A stretch of 64,000 nucleotides of DNA from an uncultured delta proteobacterium. Its GTDB lineage: Bacteria; Myxococcota; Myxococcia; Myxococcales; Myxococcaceae. Below are positions 18,649 through 27,567 of the stretch, piece after piece. The DNA lies in assembly GCA_963771175.1 (NCBI GenBank), contig CAVYSY010000023.1:34139-98138 (forward strand), written 5' to 3'. The notes beneath the pieces were generated by a model. It was not told the DNA's origin. It saw nothing but the letters and a program-made list of their open reading frames with translations, and searched no databases. The translations under genes and the position numbers were made by a program. Each line of letters begins with the position of its first letter. Position 1 is the first letter of the stretch.

Positions 18649-20561
18649 TGACGCGAGCCGGCCTCCTGGTCTTCCAGCTCCTGACAGCCCAGACACCCGT
18701 CCCGGATGCAACGCCTCCGGAGGACGCCGCCGTGGAGGCCGCGTCGAGAGCCCAGGCGCCAGCCGACGCGGAGCGGCTGTACCGGCTGGGGACGGCCTTC
18801 CTGAAGCGGGGCCAGCCCCAGAAGGCGGTGGAGCCCCTGACGAAGCTGGTGGAGCGGGCGCCGGACCTCCTGGCACCGCAGGTGGCGTTGGCGCGGGCGC
18901 TACGGCTGACGGGGGACACGGACAAGGCGAGGGCCCTGCTGGACACGGCCATCGAGACCTGGCCCAAGGAAGAAGGGCTGCGGGCGGAGCGAGGGCTGCT
19001 GGCGCGGATGCTGGACGAGCGGGACACGGCCATCGCCCAGTTCTCCCTGGCGGCGGAGCTGTCGCCGAAGGACGCGGAGCTGCGCTTCAACCTGGGCGAG
19101 GCGCTGCAGCACGCGGGGAAGACGGACGAGGCCATCGCCGCCTACCGCGCGGCGTTGAAGCTGGACGAGACGCTGACGGCGGCGCGGGTGAACCTGGGCA
19201 AGGCGCTGGCGGACAAGGGGCGGAGCGGCGAGGCCAAGGAGGTGCTGCAGGAGGCCACGCGCGTGGCGCCGAAGGACGCGGAGGCGCACTACAACCTGGG
19301 CGTGCTGCTGATGCGCGAGGGCCTGCTGGACGGGGCCGTCTCCGAGTACGAGAAGGCCCTGGCGGCGGTGCCGAGGCACGCCCTGGCGCTCAACAACCTG
19401 GGCGTGGCACTGGACGCGCAAGAGAAGCACGCGAAGGCGCTGGAGTGCTTCCGCAAGGCGGTGGCGGCGGACCCGAAGTACGCGGAGGCGCACTTCAATC
19501 TGGGGATGGCGTACTTCCGGAAGGACGACACCATCCGGGCAACGCGGCACTTCGAGAAGGCGCTGGCGCTGGAGCCGCGAAGGGCGAGCGGCCCGTACAC
19601 GCAGCTCGGGGCGAGCTACCTGGCGCAGGGCAAGCGGGACCGGGCGGTGGAGGCCTTCAAGAAGGCGCTGGCGGCGAGCGCGGAGGACGGCAAGCCGAAT
19701 ACCGAGGCCTACCAGGGGCTGGCGCGGGCCTACCTGGGGCTGGGCCAGGTGGACGAGGCGTTGGCCACGCTGAAGACGGCGGTGGAAGCTTTCCCCAGGG
19801 ATGCGAGCGCGAAGGCGGCCTACGGAGACGCGCTGCTGGCGAAGGGGGACCTGGACGGAGCCCTCGCGCAGTACGAGGAGCGGCTGGAGCTGGAGCCGAC
19901 GACGGACGCGCGGCTGGCGCTGGCGAAGGCGTACGCGCGCAAGCGGGTGAGCGAGAAGGCCGTGCCCCTGTACGAGGCGGTGCTGGCGGAGGAGCCGGAG
20001 CACTCGGCGGCGAGGCTGGCGCTGGCGGACCTGTACCTGGCGATGGGAAACCACGACGGGGCGGAGAAGCTGCTGAAGCCGAAGGAGGGCGAGGAGGCGG
20101 ACACGGCGGCGCTGGCGCGGCTGGGCATCCTGCACTCGCGGCGGGGGCGGCCGGACCTGGCGGTGCCGGAACTGGAGGAAGTGACGAAGAGGGACCCCTC
20201 ACAACTGGAGGCGCGGGCGGAGCTGGGCTTCCTGTACCTGCGAGGCGGGGACAAGGAAAAGGCGGTGAAGGTGCTGAGGGAGGTGGTGGCGGTGGAGCCG
20301 AGGCACGCGCTCGGGCTGCTGTACCTCGGACACGCGCTGTTCCAGGCCGGGAAGGCGAAGGAAGCGGAACAGTCCTTCCGGGGCGCGTCTCAGGTGGACC
20401 CGTCCTTCGGAGAGCCGCACTACGCGCTGGGCCAGCTCCTGGAAGCGGCGGGCAAGCTGCCGGAGGCGAAAGCGGAGTATGAGAAGGCGGCGGAGCTACA
20501 GAAGAACCACCCGGAGGCGGCGGCGGCGGCGAAGCGCCTGAGCAGCGCGGGTATGCAGTAG
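18645..20561 (+). CDS. Multi-TPR protein
   Basis: Canonical TPR repeats (AEAHYNLG, ALNNLGVAL, AEAHFNLG). Confidence 0.9.
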   Translation: MMTRAGLLVFQLLTAQTPVPDATPPEDAAVEAASRAQAPADAERLYRLGTAFLKRGQPQKAVEPLTKLVERAPDLLAPQVALARALRLTGDTDKARALLDTAIETWPKEEGLRAERGLLARMLDERDTAIAQFSLAAELSPKDAELRFNLGEALQHAGKTDEAIAAYRAALKLDETLTAARVNLGKALADKGRSGEAKEVLQEATRVAPKDAEAHYNLGVLLMREGLLDGAVSEYEKALAAVPRHALALNNLGVALDAQEKHAKALECFRKAVAADPKYAEAHFNLGMAYFRKDDTIRATRHFEKALALEPRRASGPYTQLGASYLAQGKRDRAVEAFKKALAASAEDGKPNTEAYQGLARAYLGLGQVDEALATLKTAVEAFPRDASAKAAYGDALLAKGDLDGALAQYEERLELEPTTDARLALAKAYARKRVSEKAVPLYEAVLAEEPEHSAARLALADLYLAMGNHDGAEKLLKPKEGEEADTAALARLGILHSRRGRPDLAVPELEEVTKRDPSQLEARAELGFLYLRGGDKEKAVKVLREVVAVEPRHALGLLYLGHALFQAGKAKEAEQSFRGASQVDPSFGEPHYALGQLLEAAGKLPEAKAEYEKAAELQKNHPEAAAAAKRLSSAGMQ

Positions 20562-20575
20562 CCCCCCAGGAGCCC

Positions 20576-21757
20576 ATGCCTCGTCGTCCCCCACCCTCCC
20601 CCGCTGAAGGAAAACCGCCACTCGCCACCCTGCCGCCCGAGCTCGCGAGAGGAGACGCGTTCACCTGGCACTCGGAGAGTGACGAGCCCAAGCCCACGCG
20701 CCTGTCGCCCGTGGATGACCGGCTCAGCGCCGACGCGGCGCTCAAGCGCGTCCGCCGTGGCGAGTTCCTCCTCTACACCGGCGACTTCCACAACGCGAAG
20801 CAGCTCCTCGGTGCCCTGAGCCGGCGGCTCTCCCGTCCGGTGGGCGCCCGCTCGCCGCTGGAGGCGTTCCGGGCCGAGCGTCGGGCGCGGCAGCTCGAGC
20901 ACGAGACCCTGTCGCGCATCGTGGTGGCGCTCGACCGCTCCTACCAGCTCGGCCTCTCGCGGGCACCGGACGTGTCGCTGGCCTGCCGCCAGGTGTGGGG
21001 AGAGCCCGAATCCGACGTCACCGTCGTCCCCCTCAAGCAGTTGCTCGGCATGCTCGGGGCCGCGGAGTGGCGACGCAAGGGCCTCGCCGTCCCCGGCCTC
21101 ACGGGCCTGCTCCATCCGTACTACGGCGTCTACCTGCCAACCCGCACCGATTACGTGGAGCTGCTGCTCTCCGTCCCTGACGTGAAGGGCAAGCGCGTGT
21201 TCGACGTGGGCACCGGGACCGGTGTGCTCTCGTTCATCCTGCTGCAGCGCGGAGCGGCATCCGTGGTGGCCACCGACTGCGACAGCCGGGCGGTAGCGTG
21301 TGCGCGAGAGAACGCGGAGCGGCTCGGTCTCGCGAAGCGCTTCCAGGTGCTGGAGGCCGACCTGTTCCCGGAGGGGAAGGCGGACCTGGTGGTCTGCAAC
21401 CCTCCATGGATTCCCGAGCCCCCCAAGAATCGGGTGGACCGCGCGGTGTTCGACGAGGGCAACCAGTTCCTGCGGCGCTTCCTCGAAGGGCTCCCCACCC
21501 ACCTCACGCCCGGAGGCGAGGGGCTGCTGCTCATCTCGGATCTCGCGGTGCTGCTGGGCCTGCGCCCACCCGGGTGGCTCGAGGAGCAGTTCGCGCGCTG
21601 TGGCCTGACGGTGAAGTGGAAGCGGTCGACCCCGGCGCGCCACTCCAAGGCGAAGGACCAGTCGGATCCATTGCACGCGGCGCGCTCGCGCGAGGTCACC
21701 ACCCTCTACTGCCTCACGTCCGAGGCAACCCCAGCATCACAGCCCCGAGCAGGATGA
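20576..21757 (+). CDS. Class I SAM-dependent methyltransferase (MTS/HemK-like)
   Basis: Motif I VFDVGTGTG; VVCNPPW motif. Confidence 0.85.
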   Translation: MPRRPPPSPAEGKPPLATLPPELARGDAFTWHSESDEPKPTRLSPVDDRLSADAALKRVRRGEFLLYTGDFHNAKQLLGALSRRLSRPVGARSPLEAFRAERRARQLEHETLSRIVVALDRSYQLGLSRAPDVSLACRQVWGEPESDVTVVPLKQLLGMLGAAEWRRKGLAVPGLTGLLHPYYGVYLPTRTDYVELLLSVPDVKGKRVFDVGTGTGVLSFILLQRGAASVVATDCDSRAVACARENAERLGLAKRFQVLEADLFPEGKADLVVCNPPWIPEPPKNRVDRAVFDEGNQFLRRFLEGLPTHLTPGGEGLLLISDLAVLLGLRPPGWLEEQFARCGLTVKWKRSTPARHSKAKDQSDPLHAARSREVTTLYCLTSEATPASQPRAG

Positions 21758-21880
21758 GCGCGAGCAATGGCAGCGCTACGCCGAGCGGCAGGGTGAACAG
21801 CGCGGGAGGCTGAGCCCCGGCGCCCAGGGCGCGCTTGTAGCTGAGTAGCTGACATTGAACCCGGCGATGCTCGCTCGCCC

Positions 21881-21909
21881 AAAAACATGTATTCCAAATG
21901 CACGTTTTT
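21881..21909. promoter_or_regulatory. NsrR (Rrf2)-type operator upstream of qNOR
   Basis: AAAAACATGTAT-TCCAA-ATGCACGTTTTT is a near-perfect 12-5-12 palindrome matching the ATGYAT-N5-ATRCAT NsrR core. It is an AT-rich island about 130 bp before a NO reductase gene. Confidence 0.75.
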
Positions 21910-22037
21910 CACAACCCCGGCCCGAGGGCGCATCCTTTGCGCGCACGTGCGAGCGGACCCGAGGGGACTCGGCGTGGAATGGGGCTTGCTCTGGGAGGCC
22001 CCAATTCCACGACACCACCTCCGTAGGAGCTCCCGTC

Positions 22038-24338
22038 ATGAAACACCGCAAGCTCTGGATAGGCCTGGGCGCCGTCGTCCTCCTCTCCTTCCTCGTCCTG
22101 GGCGGACAGGGAGTCCGCATCTCACGCACGCTCCCGCCCATCCCCGAGAAGGTGGTGACGTCCGAGGGCACGGTGCTGCTCACGGGCGAGTCCATCATGC
22201 GCGGGCAGAACGTGTGGCAGTCCATCGGCGGGCAGCAGGTGGGCTCGGTGTGGGGCCACGGGGCATACGTGGCGCCGGACTGGAGCGCGGACTGGCTGCA
22301 CCGCGAGAGCGTGTTCGTGCTGGACACGTGGGCGCGAGCGGAGGGCCTCTCCTCCCATGCCGAGGCTCCGGCCGAACGGCAGGCGGCCCTTCGCACGCGG
22401 CTCGCCACGATGATGCGCACCAACACGTATGACGCGAATACGGGCACGGTGACGCTGGCCCCGGTGCGTGCCGAGGCGATGCAGGTCAACGCCGCCCATT
22501 ACGCGGACGTCTTCGCCAAGGGTCGCTCCGCCTACGCCATTCCCGAGGGCGCGCTGACGGACCCGGAGAAGCTGAAGGACCTCGCGAACTTCTTCTGGTG
22601 GACGAGCTGGGTGGCCTCGACGAACCGGCCCGGGGACACGATCTCCTACACGCAGAACTGGCCGCATGAGCCGCTGGTGGCCAACCAGCCCGCGTCGGGC
22701 GTGATGATGTGGAGCCTGGCCTCGGTGGTGCTGCTGCTCGCGGGCATTGGCGGGCTCGTCTGGTACCTGAGCGGCAAGAAGGAGGACGAGGAGGAGAAGC
22801 ACCCCGAGACGGACCCCTTCGCGAGCCTCCAGCTCACCCCGAGCCAGCGGGCCACGGGCAAGTACTTCCTGGTGGTGGTGGCGCTCTTCCTGGCGCAGGT
22901 GGGGCTGGGCGGCGTGACGGCGCACTTCGGCGTGGAGGGCGCGGGCTTCTATGGCATCCCACTGGCGAAGTACCTGCCGTACGCGGTGACGCGGAGCTGG
23001 CACACGCAGCTCGGCATCTTCTGGATTGCCACGGCGTGGCTGGCCACGGGCCTCTTCGTGGGCCCGGCGGTGAGCGGGGTGGAGCCGAAGTACCAGCGGG
23101 CCGGGGTGAACTTCCTCTTCGTGTGCCTGCTCATCATCGTGGTGGGCGCGCTCTTCGGACAATGGGCGTCGGTGCAGCAGCGCATGGGTAGCGGGGACTA
23201 CTGGTACTGGTTCGGCCACCAGGGCTGGGAGTACGTGGACCTGGGCCGCTTCTGGCAGATCTTCCTGTTCGTGGGCCTCTTCGTGTGGCTGTTCCTGACG
23301 GCGCGGGCGGTGTGGCCGGCGCTGAAGAAGCCGGGCGAGGGCCGGCCGCTGCTGGTGCTCTTCGTCATCTCCTCGATGGCCATCGCTTCCTTCTACGGGG
23401 CGGGGCTGATGTACGGGCAGCGCAGCCACATGGGCATGGTGGAGTACTGGCGCTGGTGGGTGGTGCACCTGTGGGTGGAGGGCTTCTTCGAGGTGTTCGC
23501 CACGGTGGTGATGGCCTTCCTCTTCACGAAGCTGGGGGTGCTGTCGGCGCGCACGGCGGTGCCAGCGGTGCTCTTCTCCACCCTGCTCTTCCTGGGCAGC
23601 GGCATCATCGGCACGTTCCACCACCTGTACTTCTCGGGCACGCCGGCGGCGGCGATGGCGCTGGGCGCGACGTTCAGCGCGCTGGAGGTGGTGCCGCTGG
23701 TGCTGGTGGGCCGGGAGGTGTGGAGCCACATCCGCCTGTCGCGGCTCCAGGGGTGGATGGAGCAATACCGCTGGCCCATCCTCTTCTTCATCTCGGTGGC
23801 CTTCTGGAACCTGGTGGGCGCGGGCCTGTTCGGCTTCCTCATCAACCCGCCCATTGCCCTCTACTACATGCAGGGCCTGAACCTGACGCCGCTGCATGGC
23901 CACACGGCGCTCTTCGGGGTGTACGGGATGCTGGGCATCGCGCTGATGCTCTTCTCCTTCCGGATGATGCAGCCGGAGGCGCGGTGGAAGACGCGTCCGC
24001 TGGCGTGGGCGTACTGGAGCATCAACGCGGGCCTGCTGCTGATGTCGGTGCTGTCGCTGCTGCCCATCGGGGTGCTGCAGACAAAGGCGGCCATAGAGCA
24101 GGGCACGTGGTGGGCGCGCAGCGCGGAGTTCCTCCAGACGCCGCTGATGGACACGCTGCGCTGGCTGCGGGTCCCTGGTGACGTGCTCTTCGCGGTGGGC
24201 GCGGTGCTGCTGGCCTGGTTCATCGTGGGCCTGAAGACGGGCTGGTCGCTGGAGCCCGCCAACGAGCCCCAGACCCAGCCTGGGCCCGAGCGGCTCGGAG
24301 CGGGGACCCCGGCCCACGCCATGCTGCGCCGCCGCTGA
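22038..24338 (+). CDS. norZ: Quinol-dependent nitric oxide reductase (qNOR)
   Basis: GSVWGHGAYVAPDWSADWLH, WWVVHLWVEGFFEVF, GTFHHLY and LHGHTAL; AGGAG RBS. Confidence 0.95.
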   Translation: MKHRKLWIGLGAVVLLSFLVLGGQGVRISRTLPPIPEKVVTSEGTVLLTGESIMRGQNVWQSIGGQQVGSVWGHGAYVAPDWSADWLHRESVFVLDTWARAEGLSSHAEAPAERQAALRTRLATMMRTNTYDANTGTVTLAPVRAEAMQVNAAHYADVFAKGRSAYAIPEGALTDPEKLKDLANFFWWTSWVASTNRPGDTISYTQNWPHEPLVANQPASGVMMWSLASVVLLLAGIGGLVWYLSGKKEDEEEKHPETDPFASLQLTPSQRATGKYFLVVVALFLAQVGLGGVTAHFGVEGAGFYGIPLAKYLPYAVTRSWHTQLGIFWIATAWLATGLFVGPAVSGVEPKYQRAGVNFLFVCLLIIVVGALFGQWASVQQRMGSGDYWYWFGHQGWEYVDLGRFWQIFLFVGLFVWLFLTARAVWPALKKPGEGRPLLVLFVISSMAIASFYGAGLMYGQRSHMGMVEYWRWWVVHLWVEGFFEVFATVVMAFLFTKLGVLSARTAVPAVLFSTLLFLGSGIIGTFHHLYFSGTPAAAMALGATFSALEVVPLVLVGREVWSHIRLSRLQGWMEQYRWPILFFISVAFWNLVGAGLFGFLINPPIALYYMQGLNLTPLHGHTALFGVYGMLGIALMLFSFRMMQPEARWKTRPLAWAYWSINAGLLLMSVLSLLPIGVLQTKAAIEQGTWWARSAEFLQTPLMDTLRWLRVPGDVLFAVGAVLLAWFIVGLKTGWSLEPANEPQTQPGPERLGAGTPAHAMLRRR

Positions 24339-24444
24339 GCCCACGACCCAGACATGCCGCTGGCTCTCTGACACTCCTCCGCATCCCGCTGTAGCCGGCG
24401 CCGTGCGCTCCCCGTAGGCTCCGGGGCCACCAGAGGGGAGCCCG

Positions 24445-24957
24445 ATGTTCCAGGTCGACGGAAGTACCGTGGTGCGGCTCGGAGCGGAGCACGTGCCGGC
24501 CCTGCGCGAGCTGCTCGAGCGCTGCCACGTCTTCATGACGCTGGTCTTCGGGGCCCTGGAGCCCGATGCCGCGGAGCTGCTCCTGGAGGGCCTGCCTCCG
24601 GGCAAGGCACCCGAGGACAAGTTCCTCCTCGGGCTGTACGCGGATGGGACGAAGGAGCTGCTCGGCGTGCTCGATGCCGTCCGCGGCTTTCCCGAGGACG
24701 ACGAGTGGATCATCGGTCTGCTGCTGCTCGACCCGGACCGCCGCCGGGCCGGGCTCGGGGCCCGCTTCCTCGCCGCCTTCGAGCAGTGGGTGCGCGGCCA
24801 GGGCGCGGCCGGAATCCGGCTCGTCGTACAGGAGCAGAATCCGGACGCGCTCCGCTTCTGGATGCGGGAGGGCTACGCCGTCACCGGCCTGACGCACCAG
24901 AAGACGCCCCGGCGGGAGAACATCATCCAACTGCTGCACAAGCCGCTCGCCCCCTGA
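24445..24957 (+). CDS. GNAT family N-acetyltransferase
   Basis: RRRAGLG acetyl-CoA motif; NPDALRFW..EGY. Confidence 0.85.
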   Translation: MFQVDGSTVVRLGAEHVPALRELLERCHVFMTLVFGALEPDAAELLLEGLPPGKAPEDKFLLGLYADGTKELLGVLDAVRGFPEDDEWIIGLLLLDPDRRRAGLGARFLAAFEQWVRGQGAAGIRLVVQEQNPDALRFWMREGYAVTGLTHQKTPRRENIIQLLHKPLAP

Positions 24958-25103
24958 TCAACGCACTGCACGCAGCGTCAGGGTAGACAGCAGAGATGCG
25001 GCACGGCCCCCCGGAAGCCCCATGCAGCGGACTGAGGGCGGAGCGTTTAGAGATACGCGGATTCCAAGTCAATACGTGAACCCCCTCAGCCGCGGTGCGA
25101 AAG

Positions 25104-25832
25104 TTATCCCCGAGGGTGCCTCGACGACGCGACCTCCAGGTCCGCGGAGGCTTCGTTGTCTAGAGGGTTCTCCTCGATGAATTCCGATTCAGCCCTGACC
25201 GTGAACGAGAGGGTCCCCGTCGCCGTGGGCTTCAACCGCAGGATGGCGGTCTTCGCGGCGCCCGGCGCGATGTCGTCGACCATGCAGGTGACGTGGTAGT
25301 CATCCGCCTCGAGCGCGCAGGTCCACGGAGTACCGGACCCGTTGCCCACGAACCGCACATCCTCGGGGAGCTCCACTTGCGCGGTCACGGGACCGGAGGC
25401 AGTGGCACCGGTGTTCTTGGCGGTGACCCGGAGCTCGACCGTCCGGTTGACCCGGCTCGGGTTGGAGGAGAACGCGAGGGATGTCGAGAGCTCCACCGAC
25501 ACCGGGGCGAACTCGCATGCGTCCCCGAAACCGTCCCCGTCCGCATCGGACTGCTCCGGGTTGGCCGTCTCGATGCAGTTGTCCGCGCCGTCCTTGATGC
25601 CATCCCCGTCGTAGTCCAGCTGCATAGGGAGCTGCGCGGCGACGTCATGGGACAACTCGGGGATGTTCCTGATGGTGGGACCCCTGCCCTCCTGCAAGCC
25701 CCCCCCGCCATCCGACACGAGCAGGGGCGGTGCGGAGAACGCAGCGGCCGGGGTGGAGCCACTGAGCTCCAGCCCCGGAACCAGCGCCAGCAGGAGGAGG
25801 CGCCAGCGCACGACCGCGTGTGACGTCTTCAT
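25104..25832 (-). CDS. Exported protein with TSP3 repeat and DUF11/CARDB-like Ig domain
   Basis: Signal peptide; DYDGDGIKDGADNC...DADGDGFGDACE; NTG...LP...ENPLDNEA. Confidence 0.75.
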   Translation of the reverse strand: MKTSHAVVRWRLLLLALVPGLELSGSTPAAAFSAPPLLVSDGGGGLQEGRGPTIRNIPELSHDVAAQLPMQLDYDGDGIKDGADNCIETANPEQSDADGDGFGDACEFAPVSVELSTSLAFSSNPSRVNRTVELRVTAKNTGATASGPVTAQVELPEDVRFVGNGSGTPWTCALEADDYHVTCMVDDIAPGAAKTAILRLKPTATGTLSFTVRAESEFIEENPLDNEASADLEVASSRHPRG

Positions 25833-25911
25833 GGTGTCACCGAGACCAACCCACTTGACTTCGTAAGGCCGTGCCCCGGAAGGCCGGGCATCAACCCGCC
25901 CTCCGCGGCGC

Positions 25912-26553
25912 TCAACTGTCCCGGGGCGTGCCGCAGTCGGCGCAGAAGCGGGCCTTGGGCGCCAGCTCCGTGCCGCACTGGGTGCAGTGCGCCTTGGCGG
26001 CGGCCATGGGCTTGCCGCACTCGGAGCAGAACTTGCCCCCAGTGCTGCGCGCGTTGCAGTGAGGGCACGTGGACACCGAGCGCTGGGCCTTCATGTCCAG
26101 CGACTCCACCTGGTCCACATTGCGCGCCTTGTCCCAGGCCTGCTCCACGGCCACCTTGGACTGGATGTGCGCGGCCTCCTCCTGCATGTCCGGGGCACAG
26201 TCCTCGCACAGGCCGCGCGCCTCGTTCCAGCACGCCTCCGGGCACACCCAGTGGCCACAGCGCGTGCAGTGCTTGAAGTGACCCTTGGCCTCGCCCACCG
26301 CCTCGGCGAAGGCATCGTCCCACGCGCCCCCGCGCAGCGCGTCCTTCACGTGCTCACCCGCGTACGCCGCACGCGACAGCGCCCCTCCGAAGAACGAGCC
26401 CGCCGCCTTCAGGAAGCCCGCGGCCATGCCGAGCTTGCTGGCGATGAACGGGGACATGTGCCCGTTGCCGCACTTGTCGCACTGGAACTCGAACTGGAAG
26501 CCACTGTCGTTGGAACGGTCAGTGTAATTCCGGGTGAACTGGATCATCGCCAT
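25912..26553 (-). CDS. Double zinc-ribbon domain protein
   Basis: Many CxxC pairs (CDKC, CTRC, CPHC, CSEC, CTQC, CADC); GGGGAG RBS. Confidence 0.85.
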   Translation of the reverse strand: MAMIQFTRNYTDRSNDSGFQFEFQCDKCGNGHMSPFIASKLGMAAGFLKAAGSFFGGALSRAAYAGEHVKDALRGGAWDDAFAEAVGEAKGHFKHCTRCGHWVCPEACWNEARGLCEDCAPDMQEEAAHIQSKVAVEQAWDKARNVDQVESLDMKAQRSVSTCPHCNARSTGGKFCSECGKPMAAAKAHCTQCGTELAPKARFCADCGTPRDS

Positions 26554-26710
26554 GATGTGAAAAACTCCCCTCTGCGCAACGAAGTGCACCCAGAGTAACA
26601 CGGGCGTCCGCGTGCCTTCAGCGCCCACCCCGAACCATGGGGGACTTGCCCCAGGAGGCCCGCCGGGGATAGCACCGTGCCCAGACATTTCCTTTCAGAG
26701 GGGGAAGTTC

Positions 26711-27538
26711 ATGAGCACGACGAAGAAGGTTCTGGTGGGAGTGGGTATTGGCTGCGGCTCCCTGGTGCTGCTGGGTCTCATCGCCATGGGCGTGGGGGCC
26801 TGGTGGGTCAAGGGCAAGGTCAGCGGCATCGTGGAATCGGGTCAGAAGATGCAGGCGGTCGGGCAGGATCTGGCGGCGCTCGACAAGAGCTACCCCTTCA
26901 CGCCTCCGCCCGAGGGCGAGGTGCTCACCATTGCCGAGGCGCGCCTGCTCGACTACCTCGCCGTGCGTGAGACGGCCCTGCCGGTGTACGCCGAGTTCGA
27001 GAAGAAGGCCGAGTCCTTCAAGATGGAGCACCCGGACGACCAGAAGCCGGACCTGAGCGCCGCGATGCAGGCCACCACCATGATGACCGAGCTCCTCACC
27101 CAGGTGCACGGCGCCTACGTCGAGGGCCTGAAGAAGCACAGCATGTCGCCGAGCGAGTTCCGCACCATCACCCAGACGCTCTACTCCTCGATGATCACGG
27201 GCGTGACGGACCAGGCGCAGAAGATGGGCGAGCAGGCCCGGGAGCAGGCGCTCCAGGCGGTGCGCAAGCAGCTCGAGGACGAGTCGCTCCCCGAGGAGCA
27301 GCGCACCTCGCTGGAGGAGCAGGAGCGGGAGCTGCTGGCCGCCAATGACGAGGCGGGCGACGCCGCCCCCGCGCTGTCGGAGGCCTCCAAGGCCGCGGCC
27401 GCCGCCAACCTGGCGCTGATGGACAAGTACAAGGACCGCATCAACAACGCGGGCAGCCTCGCGATGGACGCCATCCTCTTCGGCAGCGAGGGCGCGGACC
27501 TGTCGGGCATGGACGACGTCGCGAAGGAGCAGGAGTAG
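26711..27538 (+). CDS. Hypothetical membrane-anchored helical protein
   Basis: MSTTKKVLVGVGIGCG...WW N-terminal TM; strong GC3 bias. Confidence 0.8.
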   Translation: MSTTKKVLVGVGIGCGSLVLLGLIAMGVGAWWVKGKVSGIVESGQKMQAVGQDLAALDKSYPFTPPPEGEVLTIAEARLLDYLAVRETALPVYAEFEKKAESFKMEHPDDQKPDLSAAMQATTMMTELLTQVHGAYVEGLKKHSMSPSEFRTITQTLYSSMITGVTDQAQKMGEQAREQALQAVRKQLEDESLPEEQRTSLEEQERELLAANDEAGDAAPALSEASKAAAAANLALMDKYKDRINNAGSLAMDAILFGSEGADLSGMDDVAKEQE

Positions 27539-27567
27539 TCCCTCCCCCCTGCTCCACGGGCGGGGAG

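Noticed and set aside
9341..20561. Calling this the canonical gliding (glt G1/G2) or nfs locus
   Set aside because: Gene order and content differ from those loci as I recall them (single barrel gene, two extra lipoproteins, adjacent mts genes). I treated it as a paralogous cluster and assigned no symbols.
22038..24338. NO dismutase (Nod) instead of qNOR
   Set aside because: The canonical HLWVEGFFE and FHH FeB/haem ligands are all present.
13974..24713. Very long antisense or alternate-frame ORFs (e.g. 13974..17306, 22122..24713; also 7040..9292)
   Set aside because: These are shadow ORFs produced by high GC3 codon bias opposite well-supported genes, with no recognisable motifs.
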